A stretch of 64,000 nucleotides of DNA from positions 62,001 through 126,000 of the IMG/VR virus record IMGVR_UViG_3300023049_000005, one strand, 5' to 3'. Position 1 is the stretch's first letter. Each line of letters opens with the position of its first letter. A model generated the notes under the pieces. The model was not told the DNA's origin. It did no database searches and was given only the letters and a program-made list of their open reading frames with translations. Positions 10,600 to 18,185 of this stretch are shown in pieces. A program made the position numbers and the translations under genes.

Positions 10600-10656
10600 A
10601 TGGTATTAGTATTTAAACATAAATTTTTTCATAACCACTGCAAAAGTAGAGGGTGA
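10600..10656 (+). CDS. attenuator leader peptide 1 (His/Lys/Phe-rich) MVLVFKHKFFHNHCKSRG
   Basis: 18 codons with 3 His, 3 Lys, 3 Phe; 3' end carries AAGTAGAGG, complementary to the terminator 5' arm. Confidence 0.8.
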   Translation: MVLVFKHKFFHNHCKSRG

Positions 10657-10689
10657 GATTTTTATGTCTAAAAATTAAACCAAATGATT

Positions 10690-10723
10690 AAAACCTCTAC
10701 TTGAATAAAGTAGAGGTTTTTTT
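10690..10723 (+). terminator. attenuator terminator upstream of the tRNA-His pair
   Basis: AAAACCTCTACTT-GAATA-AAGTAGAGGTTTTTTT. Confidence 0.85.
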
Positions 10724-10730
10724 GTTATAT

Positions 10731-10803
10731 GGTGTTCGTAGCTCAGGGGAAGAGCGTCTGTTTGTGACACAGAAGGTCGGGATCTCGGAATTCCTCGAAC
10801 ACC
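10731..10803 (+). tRNA. tRNA-His(GTG) with atypical T-arm
   Basis: G-1:C73, stem TCTGT/ACAGA, GTG at 10764-66; T-loop CTCGGAA. Confidence 0.75.
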
Positions 10804-10813
10804 CAAAATATAT

Positions 10814-10906
10814 GGTGATTGTAGCTGAATGGTATGTAGTATCTGTAAGAGAACAAGCACTTGGTTGTGACCCAAGAGGATGTCGGTTCGAGTCCGATCT
10901 TTCACC
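10814..10906 (+). tRNA. tRNA-His(GTG) with ~20-nt D-loop insertion
   Basis: G-1:C73, stem CTTGG/CCAAG, GTG at 10867-69, canonical TTCGAGT T-loop. Confidence 0.75.
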
Positions 10907-10923
10907 CAAAATATAAATGAAAA

Positions 10924-11139
10924 ATGGAATATTGTTATATATGCTTTAATGGAACAGAAGAAGAAATGGTGTGTGATACATGTGAAGAACATTATTGCGA
11001 AGATTGTTCGTATATCTTTTCATTACACTACCAATTTCAAAGAAGTAGGTGCTATGAGTGTGCTGATCAGAGTAGAGAATATCCATTGGATAAAGCTGAA
11101 ATAAGAGAAAGAAAAATTAATATGTTATTAGAAGTATGA
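10924..11139 (+). CDS. small Cys-rich zinc-finger protein, C-terminal motif family
   Basis: four CxxC pairs; ends RERKINMLLEV; its stop overlaps the ATG of leader 2 (ATGA). Confidence 0.75.
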   Translation: MEYCYICFNGTEEEMVCDTCEEHYCEDCSYIFSLHYQFQRSRCYECADQSREYPLDKAEIRERKINMLLEV

Positions 11140-11213
11140 GAACAGTAAGTAAAAATATCAAAGGTTTTAAAAAGTTTTTTAAGAAGAACTTTATTAGGGA
11201 CAATACATCCTGA
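11136..11213 (+). CDS. attenuator leader peptide 2 (Lys/Phe-rich) MRTVSKNIKGFKKFFKKNFIRDNTS
   Basis: 25 codons with 6 Lys (3 AAA, 3 AAG) and 4 Phe; contains TATTAGGG, complementary to the terminator 5' arm. Confidence 0.8.
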   Translation: MRTVSKNIKGFKKFFKKNFIRDNTS

Positions 11214-11236
11214 TCGGAAATGATTAATAAATGTAT

Positions 11237-11270
11237 AAGCCCTAATAGAATATCTGTTAGGGCTTTTTTT
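11237..11270 (+). terminator. attenuator terminator upstream of the Lys/Phe tRNA array
   Basis: AAGCCCTAATAGA-ATA-TCTGTTAGGGCTTTTTTT. Confidence 0.85.
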
Positions 11271-11274
11271 ATAT

Positions 11275-11348
11275 CCCCTCTTAACTCAGTTGGCTAGAGT
11301 ACCGTGCTTTTAACACGGGAGTCGCAAGTTCGAGCCTTGTAGGGGGGA
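11275..11348 (+). tRNA. tRNA-Lys(TTT)
   Basis: cloverleaf; CCGTG-CTTTTAA-CACGG. Confidence 0.92.
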
Positions 11349-11356
11349 CAAAATAT

Positions 11357-11444
11357 GCAGGTGTATCCGTAGTTGGTCGAACGGTCCCGCCTTTTAAGCG
11401 GATGAGTGAAAGCTCCAACGTGGGTTCGAATCCCACCACCTGCA
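11357..11444 (+). tRNA. tRNA with Lys(TTT) anticodon and long class-II-type variable arm
   Basis: GCAGGTG/CACCTGC acceptor, CCGC-CTTTTAA-GCGG, extra arm GAGT-GAAA-GCTC, A73. Confidence 0.8.
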
Positions 11445-11449
11445 CAAAC

Positions 11450-11522
11450 GGTGATATAGCTCAGTTGGTAGAGCAGTGGATTGAAGATCCACGTGTCGGG
11501 GGTTCAAGTCCCTCTATCACCA
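11450..11522 (+). tRNA. tRNA-Phe(GAA)
   Basis: cloverleaf; GTGGA-TTGAAGA-TCCAC. Confidence 0.93.
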
Positions 11523-11530
11523 CAACATAT

Positions 11531-11604
11531 TCCCTCGTAGCTCAGTTGGTTAGAGCTACCGACTTTTAATCGGTAAGTCACAGGTTCGAGTCCTGTCGGG
11601 GGAA
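11531..11604 (+). tRNA. tRNA-Lys(TTT)
   Basis: cloverleaf; ACCGA-CTTTTAA-TCGGT. Confidence 0.93.
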
Positions 11605-11609
11605 CATAT

Positions 11610-11681
11610 GGAAACTTAGCTGAGACGGTTTAGCGGAAGGTTGAAGACCTTCAGAGGTGGGTTCGATCCCCACAGTTTCCA
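11610..11681 (+). tRNA. tRNA-Phe(GAA)
   Basis: cloverleaf; GAAGG-TTGAAGA-CCTTC. Confidence 0.9.
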
Positions 11682-11687
11682 CAATAT

Positions 11688-11761
11688 TCCTTCGTAGCTC
11701 AGTTGGCTAGAGTAACTGACTCTTAATCAGTGGGTCACAGGTTCGAGTCCTGTCGGGGGAA
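11688..11761 (+). tRNA. tRNA-Lys(CTT)
   Basis: cloverleaf; ACTGA-CTCTTAA-TCAGT. Confidence 0.93.
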
Positions 11762-11762
11762 C

Positions 11763-11799
11763 TAATCAGAGGTCGTGGGTTCGAATCCCACCGCCTGTA
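11763..11799 (+). pseudogene. 3' half of a tRNA gene
   Basis: TAATCAGA-GGTC-GTGGG-TTCGAAT-CCCAC-CGCCTGT with no 5' half. Confidence 0.7.
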
Positions 11800-11853
11800 T
11801 TTATATTAAAGGTTGAAATAAAAGATTATAACGTAGATGAAAATTAAATAAGA

Positions 11854-12978
11854 TCAAATAATTATTATACCGTCTCTATTAGGCGAAACGCTTAAGATTT
11901 TTATTCTCTGATGGAGATTATCTTGTATATAATTAATATATTGTCTAAAGTTAGGATCTTCTAAATCTGCTTTAACCCATGATTTGAAATCATAATATTT
12001 ACCACCACAATAAATTTTAAGTGGGGTTATATTTTCTAGTACATCAGATTTAGTCATAATTAAATCAGTTACTCCATTTAATTCTATACTCTCTTTTAAT
12101 TCATCTAAGTTTAACCAACCACATCTTCTTGGTCTGCCTGTTGTAGCACCAAACTCCCCACCTGCCTTCTGTATTCTTTCGCCAAGTTGATTTTTTAATT
12201 CAGTTTTCATATCACCATTACCAACTCGTGTTAAATATGATTTAAACACACCATATACTTTACCAACACTCTGAGGTGGCATTGCCAACCCTACACATGC
12301 ACCTGAACTTACTGTATTTGATGAAGTAACATATGGATAAGATCCATGATCAATATCTAACATAGTACCTTGTGCGCCCTCTGCTAGTATTTCACCTTCT
12401 TGGTTTCTTAACCAATTAGACTTAACGATATTTAATGTTTTAAGAAATTCCATACCTACTCTAAAATGTTCGAACTCAAGGAATTCATCTTGGTCTTTAC
12501 CCATTAAATCAACAGGTTCTATATTTAGATCGTTTCCAATAAAATCCACAACTCTATAACCTTCTCGGTATATTTTATCTCGATAACAAGGTCCGATCCC
12601 CTTTGGGGTACTACCTATGGTTGACACATTCTCTTTATCTTCCATAAAATGGAAAGGAGTCACTACGTGTGCGTTTTCTGAAATGAAAATTCTCTCTCTT
12701 GCGTTGGGTATATGTTCTTCAACTTCTTTTATTTCTTGCATCAATTGAAATGGGTCGATAACCATACCATTACCCAAAAAATTCTTTGTGTGTTCATGTA
12801 CTATACCACTTGGTATTAAGTGTAAAACTATTTTTATTCCATTATGATATATCGTATGTCCTGCGTTTGCACCGCCCTGATATCTAGCAACAATATCATA
12901 TTTTTTAGACAACATATCTGTTATCTTTCCTTTTCCTTCGTCTCCAAATTGAAGCCCTACTAATACGTCCATAAACAA
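11854..12978 (-). CDS. purA: adenylosuccinate synthetase
   Basis: GLQFGDEGKGK, GGANAGHT, EGAQG, GATTGRPRRCGW. Confidence 0.97.
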   Translation of the reverse strand: MFMDVLVGLQFGDEGKGKITDMLSKKYDIVARYQGGANAGHTIYHNGIKIVLHLIPSGIVHEHTKNFLGNGMVIDPFQLMQEIKEVEEHIPNARERIFISENAHVVTPFHFMEDKENVSTIGSTPKGIGPCYRDKIYREGYRVVDFIGNDLNIEPVDLMGKDQDEFLEFEHFRVGMEFLKTLNIVKSNWLRNQEGEILAEGAQGTMLDIDHGSYPYVTSSNTVSSGACVGLAMPPQSVGKVYGVFKSYLTRVGNGDMKTELKNQLGERIQKAGGEFGATTGRPRRCGWLNLDELKESIELNGVTDLIMTKSDVLENITPLKIYCGGKYYDFKSWVKADLEDPNFRQYINYIQDNLHQRIKILSVSPNRDGIIII

Positions 12979-13051
12979 TGATTATTTTATTATTCTATTA
13001 CTTTAGGGCATATATGTTTAAATAAAACTCTCTTATTTTAATATATAATAT

Positions 13052-13726
13052 ATGATTAAGAACTTTAAACAATTTATGATAGAAGCAACTTCATATCATA
13101 AATTAAATGATGATGATGAATATAATATTACGAAGACTATAAGAGATGATGGACATAATTATCAATATTGTGATGGTATATTATACGAACTTTCGGGGAA
13201 TGATACGAAGGTTAGTGTAGATGAAGTAGAACAAACAGAAGAAAATATGGTTTATTCAGATCAAATCAAAAGGTATATACAATATTTTAACGAAGGTGGT
13301 ATAACACAAACTTTCCCTGTTCAATCAAGTCCACTAGGCGACTGTACTAATTTAGAAGCTATGTTAGAGTATTTAGATGAACCTGATAATTTTGATATGG
13401 CTTGGGATCTTTTATCTAAATATCACAGGAAGTTATTTGATATGGATAAATTTGATATCGTAAGTGATCCTGATTCATTTGGGTTTAATGATGAAATGAA
13501 GCTATCACAAATAACTAATATAAAAGATTTAGACGATGCTTATAATGAAGATATAATGGAAGATGAAGACAGAGAAGGTGACTATGATGAAGAATTGTAC
13601 TTAGGGTTTAGTACTATATTAGAATATTGGAAAGAAAACAAAGAGTATACACTTACTGATTTTAATCATAGGTTCGCTGCTTTAGTAGAGATGGGTAGAA
13701 AATATATACTAGTAGAAGAGGTATAA
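13052..13726 (+). CDS. acidic protein with possible ParB/Srx-like motif and CTS-like N-terminus
   Basis: DFNHRFAAL resembles the ParB DGxHR box; MIKNFKQFMIE. Confidence 0.5.
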   Translation: MIKNFKQFMIEATSYHKLNDDDEYNITKTIRDDGHNYQYCDGILYELSGNDTKVSVDEVEQTEENMVYSDQIKRYIQYFNEGGITQTFPVQSSPLGDCTNLEAMLEYLDEPDNFDMAWDLLSKYHRKLFDMDKFDIVSDPDSFGFNDEMKLSQITNIKDLDDAYNEDIMEDEDREGDYDEELYLGFSTILEYWKENKEYTLTDFNHRFAALVEMGRKYILVEEV

Positions 13727-13758
13727 ATACCAAAAAAAGTAACAAAAAAAAACATTTA

Positions 13759-14946
13759 ATGGAAAGATCGATTAATGATATACTAAGGGAACAAAGAGAA
13801 AAGAGAGAAGAAGAACAAAAGTTATACGAAGATAAATATACTGAACACCAAAAGTATATAGAGCATATCAAACCTTTAAGACGAATGTATGAATCTATAG
13901 CAGCAGCTTCAACTTCTAACGCAGGTGCAGGTGGTAGTAGAAAAGAATTAGTTTTAGTTGAAGTAGACCAAGCCGCTACTGATACATTTAGGTATCAACA
14001 ACCAACAGAATATGATACGATAAACGATTTAATATACTTATCAACCTCTGACACAACTCACAATGATCCATTATATATTACAGAAAGCGATGGACAAGGT
14101 AAATTTATCAGCTTTTTAGATACTGGCTATATAGTTCCAATAGCATTCCAAACTTCTTATTATAAAGCAAGTACACATAATTTTTATTCTATGACCACAG
14201 AAGGTATTGTTGAGGTTAATATATCAGTTGATGGTTTTGCTAATTCTTCAACATCAGCTACGATAAGCTCATATTTTGAGGATCAGTTATATCCCGAAAC
14301 AGGCATATTTTCAATACTATATGTCGAGGGTGATTTATTATATTGTGTGAAATCTTTAGAAAAAGCAGATATCCCAAACGAGTGGTTAGTTATTGACAAA
14401 TCAACAGGAGATATTATAAGCAGAACAAATACTACATATGTTGGAAACCAAGAGTTTCAAGCACCACGTGGGTATTTTGATCCTAATACTAACAAGTATT
14501 ATTTTATACACTTTGCTAACGAGACATCATATTGGGATATAGGTGATGTGGAAGCTTTTTTCCCACCACCAATTAACCCAACAGGAGTTTTCACATATAG
14601 AGTATTTGATTTTAATACTATGACAGAAACTACATATTCTACATTAGATGTTGGAGTAGCTAAGGAATATTACTTAGGTCGTATAAGAAGAATTGTATCC
14701 GAAACTACTTGGGAATTATATGCAAATATCGGAACTACATTCGCTTTACTTACAATAGACATAACAACAGGTAAGGTAGTAAAAGAATTAGTTAGTGATA
14801 AAGAGTTTCCTACTAACACATCTAATTTTTCTGCTTATCTCACTACTAATCCAATTATATTCTTTAATGACGTTGGTAGAGGTTCTGAAATTAAAGTTAT
14901 TATGAATCAAACCGATTTCCGTGAATTAGCATTAGTATTAAAATAA
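13759..14946 (+). CDS. hypothetical beta-rich protein
   Basis: long ORF; Ser/Ala/Gly linker followed by beta-strand-rich region. Confidence 0.6.
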   Translation: MERSINDILREQREKREEEQKLYEDKYTEHQKYIEHIKPLRRMYESIAAASTSNAGAGGSRKELVLVEVDQAATDTFRYQQPTEYDTINDLIYLSTSDTTHNDPLYITESDGQGKFISFLDTGYIVPIAFQTSYYKASTHNFYSMTTEGIVEVNISVDGFANSSTSATISSYFEDQLYPETGIFSILYVEGDLLYCVKSLEKADIPNEWLVIDKSTGDIISRTNTTYVGNQEFQAPRGYFDPNTNKYYFIHFANETSYWDIGDVEAFFPPPINPTGVFTYRVFDFNTMTETTYSTLDVGVAKEYYLGRIRRIVSETTWELYANIGTTFALLTIDITTGKVVKELVSDKEFPTNTSNFSAYLTTNPIIFFNDVGRGSEIKVIMNQTDFRELALVLK

Positions 14947-14997
14947 TATTAACTAAGTTATGTTTTTAATATATAAGAAAAATAACCCCTTAGGATT

Positions 14998-15621
14998 ATG
15001 ACAATATATGATTTACTAAAAGAATACGGATATGATGCAAATGACTTAAAAGCGAGATTTAAGAATAAGCAAATTGAATTGAATGGCGAAGTAGTGGATA
15101 AAAATGAAAAGATTGGTTTTGTAAAAGAAGTTTTTAGTCAAGGATTTTTTATGGAAAAGCTATATGAATTACCATTTTATCCTGATTTCTCAGATCAATT
15201 AATTTTTATCGGTATTGAAAATTTAATACATGGAGAAAGTAATATCAAAAATGAGATGACTGAATTCTTAAAAGATTATAATATGTTAAAAGTATCTAAA
15301 ACTAAAGCTATTTTCTTTAGTACTTTTGATGAAAAACCTGAAGGTGATACAATAAAAATTCAATTCCATGTTGACACTAAAGGTAAGTATGAGCAAGAGT
15401 ATGAAATACCTGAGGAAAAGGATGAATCAGAAGTTATCGATAAGCTAAAAGCTGATATCGATAAAGTAGAAAAACAATTATCAAACCCAGGTTTTGTTAA
15501 CAACGCACCTAAGTTTAAAGTAGATGCTGCTAAGAACAGATTAGAAACTTTAAAGAAAAAGTTAGCTGATATGGGCGTAAATGAATCTAAAGGTATTAAG
15601 AGATTTAAAGACTTTAACTAA
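14998..15621 (+). CDS. S4-like domain fused to a ValRS C-terminal coiled-coil arm
   Basis: KQLSNPGFVNNAPKFKV matches the ValRS C-terminal arm; N-terminus resembles a TyrRS S4 domain. Confidence 0.65.
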   Translation: MTIYDLLKEYGYDANDLKARFKNKQIELNGEVVDKNEKIGFVKEVFSQGFFMEKLYELPFYPDFSDQLIFIGIENLIHGESNIKNEMTEFLKDYNMLKVSKTKAIFFSTFDEKPEGDTIKIQFHVDTKGKYEQEYEIPEEKDESEVIDKLKADIDKVEKQLSNPGFVNNAPKFKVDAAKNRLETLKKKLADMGVNESKGIKRFKDFN

Positions 15622-15917
15622 TATACTCAGGAGCATGTTTATTTAACATCTTTCAGCAAATTCTATATTTCCCCCTTCTTCGTTTTCTTTATTTAGATTC
15701 ATACTGATCCACGTATTTTCATCGGGTTCAGATATATCCTTAGTTGTCTGTAATCTATTGTCTGTAATTGTAGGAGCATTAGTCCACGCAAGTTGTCTTC
15801 TAGTCCCTGCTTTGAATGCCTCTCTACATTTAATTTCTAATTCTTCTGAGGTATATACCTTTTTGTTTTTCGAATCCATAAACACAAATGTAATAATATT
15901 TTATGTACTTTTGTACT

Positions 15918-16376
15918 ATGACAGAAAATCAATTAAAAAATATCTGTAATTTTTCATTCATTTTTTTATCCTTAAATATTTATAAAGAGAGTGATATTTA
16001 TATTTTAGGAAAGTGGAAAGCTATAATTGATGATGGGGATAGAATTATTGTTGATGATAAAAATAATCCTATTATATACGAAGAAGATATCGTTCCCCAT
16101 TATATGTTTGGATCAGTAGTTTTAGATTCGAAATTTATTTCTATTTTCTCTTTATTGTCTGATATAAAAGAGCTATATAGAGATGTCAAATTTACTAGAA
16201 GACCATTTACATTAGATAACTTATTAGAAATTTATAGAAAATATATTGATATAGAGCTTGTCAATAACCATTATACTGATTTTGTTATTCATGCGAATCT
16301 ATTACAGTCTAGAAATGAGTGGTTAGAATTTCCTATTAATAGTAGAACATATACCTTAGAATTGTTTACTGATTGA
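15918..16376 (+). CDS. hypothetical protein (start revised to 15918)
   Basis: TACTTTTG 4 nt before the ATG at 15918. Confidence 0.55.
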   Translation: MTENQLKNICNFSFIFLSLNIYKESDIYILGKWKAIIDDGDRIIVDDKNNPIIYEEDIVPHYMFGSVVLDSKFISIFSLLSDIKELYRDVKFTRRPFTLDNLLEIYRKYIDIELVNNHYTDFVIHANLLQSRNEWLEFPINSRTYTLELFTD

Positions 16377-16725
16377 GAACTTTATTTAAGTGAGATAACC
16401 CGTAATATATCTCGGTTACTCTTACTTTTATAACAGCTTGCCTACCTTGGTTATTGTAATTAGCGTTCTTTTTCTTGATAAGTGCAGTTAACCATATGTA
16501 ATCACCACGACTAATATCTTTAGGTACAGACATATCAAAAGTAACTGCGGACTCATCTATTTCACTTTCTTCTAGGTTTTCTTTCTCACTAGTAGATGGA
16601 TCTTCATCTAATACATCAATGATGTGATCGATTTCCCATTCACTAGGATCAAACTTTTCTCCATCTGACTCTTCTTCTGATAAAGAGAGGTCAAAGTCTT
16701 TGAATTTTTTAATATTATCTTTCAT
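16366..16725 (-). CDS. acidic protein with CTS-like N-terminus
   Basis: MKDNIKKFKDF; TATATATA 4 nt upstream. Confidence 0.6.
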   Translation of the reverse strand: MKDNIKKFKDFDLSLSEEESDGEKFDPSEWEIDHIIDVLDEDPSTSEKENLEESEIDESAVTFDMSVPKDISRGDYIWLTALIKKKNANYNNQGRQAVIKVRVTEIYYGLSHLNKVLNQ

Positions 16726-16753
16726 ATAGTATATATAAAAGATAGAAGGTCAA

Positions 16754-17143
16754 TTAATTATTTAATTCACCTACGTAATCTCTGATCTCTCTAATCAACT
16801 TAGATTCTTCTACGTTTGGATATTCTCCTTTAAGAGTTTCATATAGCTTGTTTTCTTCATCTCTTAGATTCTCTATTTTCTCATTAATGGGAATATAAAT
16901 ATGTTCAAGTTTCTTAGATTCTATCTCGAAGTCTTTTAGTTTATCCATGATATCTTCTCTGTATTGTTCATCAGAAGTATAATCATCAGTATTATCTTTG
17001 ATCTTAATAAGACCCTGTAATACTTCTTCGATGCCCGTTTTATTTTTTTCTAATTCTTCGGTTAAGTGTCCCATTTGGCTACTCAACTCTAAAAAATCTT
17101 TTTTAATCCTTTTGGCTTGTTCTAAATATTTCTTATTTATCAT
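16754..17143 (-). CDS. coiled-coil hypothetical protein
   Basis: heptad-rich ORF coupled to the upstream gene. Confidence 0.6.
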   Translation of the reverse strand: MINKKYLEQAKRIKKDFLELSSQMGHLTEELEKNKTGIEEVLQGLIKIKDNTDDYTSDEQYREDIMDKLKDFEIESKKLEHIYIPINEKIENLRDEENKLYETLKGEYPNVEESKLIREIRDYVGELNN

Positions 17144-18075
17144 GACTTACTATTTGATTTTCTGCTTTTAACATATTTTTCAATACTCTGCTTGATTTGA
17201 TCTTCTAATATTTTAGGATCTTCCATTAACTTATTAAAGATATATCTACTATAATATTCAACAGGAGATTCATCGAAATCAAAGTTATCTTCCAAGAACT
17301 TAAATACTGTCTTATCGGGTATCTTTTCGTCAATTTTAAGATCTACTTTAAGGCTATGTGTTTTCTTAGCATTATCATATACTTTATTGCCTTTCTGAAC
17401 TTCTTGTTGTTCCCTATCTAATCTTTGTTGTTCCCTATCTAATCTTTGTTGTTCAATTCTAGCATTTACATCTACTGCTTTAGGTTTTTCTTTTTTATCA
17501 TATGCTAGATCTTCCAATGTAGCATCCGCACTCAGTTTTTCTTTTCCTTTAGATGGGTTTGGTGTTTGTTTCCCATACTTATTAAGAAGCTCTTGTTCTT
17601 GCTCATCAGGTGTTAACTGTCTAGGTTGATGTTGTTCAACAACACTTGTGTTACCAACATTAGGTTGGCGTTTTTCTACAACATTACCACTCATCTTTAT
17701 ATGTGATTGTTGACCATGTAGACCTAAATTAACAGGTGATAAATTAACATCTCCATCATCCCCAATAGAAATAGATCTATCATTAGTACTAGGGTTTGGG
17801 TTAGCGTTATTATTAACACTATTGTTGATACCTTCTAGCATTTGCTCGTATCTATTCTTAGGTGGATTTGGATCAGGGTTATGTCTTTCGACTACTGATT
17901 GGCTTTCGTTTATACTTTGGTTGTTATTGGCTTCACTAATTTGTTTATAAAAACTAGAATCAGATAATCTCTCCACGGCTACTCGTTCACCGTTGTTTAA
18001 TGTAGCGATATTGCTCTCTACGTTTTCAACTTTGACTACCCTTCCTTTACTATCTTCAAATTTTAATCCCTTCAT
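17140..18075 (-). CDS. hypothetical protein with disordered Asn/Gln-rich centre
   Basis: long ORF; 21-bp tandem duplication encoding EQQRLDR x2. Confidence 0.65.
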   Translation of the reverse strand: MKGLKFEDSKGRVVKVENVESNIATLNNGERVAVERLSDSSFYKQISEANNNQSINESQSVVERHNPDPNPPKNRYEQMLEGINNSVNNNANPNPSTNDRSISIGDDGDVNLSPVNLGLHGQQSHIKMSGNVVEKRQPNVGNTSVVEQHQPRQLTPDEQEQELLNKYGKQTPNPSKGKEKLSADATLEDLAYDKKEKPKAVDVNARIEQQRLDREQQRLDREQQEVQKGNKVYDNAKKTHSLKVDLKIDEKIPDKTVFKFLEDNFDFDESPVEYYSRYIFNKLMEDPKILEDQIKQSIEKYVKSRKSNSKS

Positions 18076-18185
18076 AATTAAGGCTTTATTTTACTTATAT
18101 AGAAAAAAACCACACTTTTGTTTAAAAAAATAAGGGAGAAATATAAAAATATTTCTCCCTTATCAATTTTTGATGACTATTCTTA

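Noticed and set aside
10675-11104. ORF-track calls at 10675, 10697, 10701 and 10880
   Set aside because: They overlap the terminator, the tRNA-His genes and the Zn-finger gene; shadow frames
11357-11444. Reading the long-arm tRNA as Leu(TAA)
   Set aside because: Centring TAA in a 7-nt loop gives a poorly paired stem, whereas CCGC/GCGG around CTTTTAA pairs cleanly
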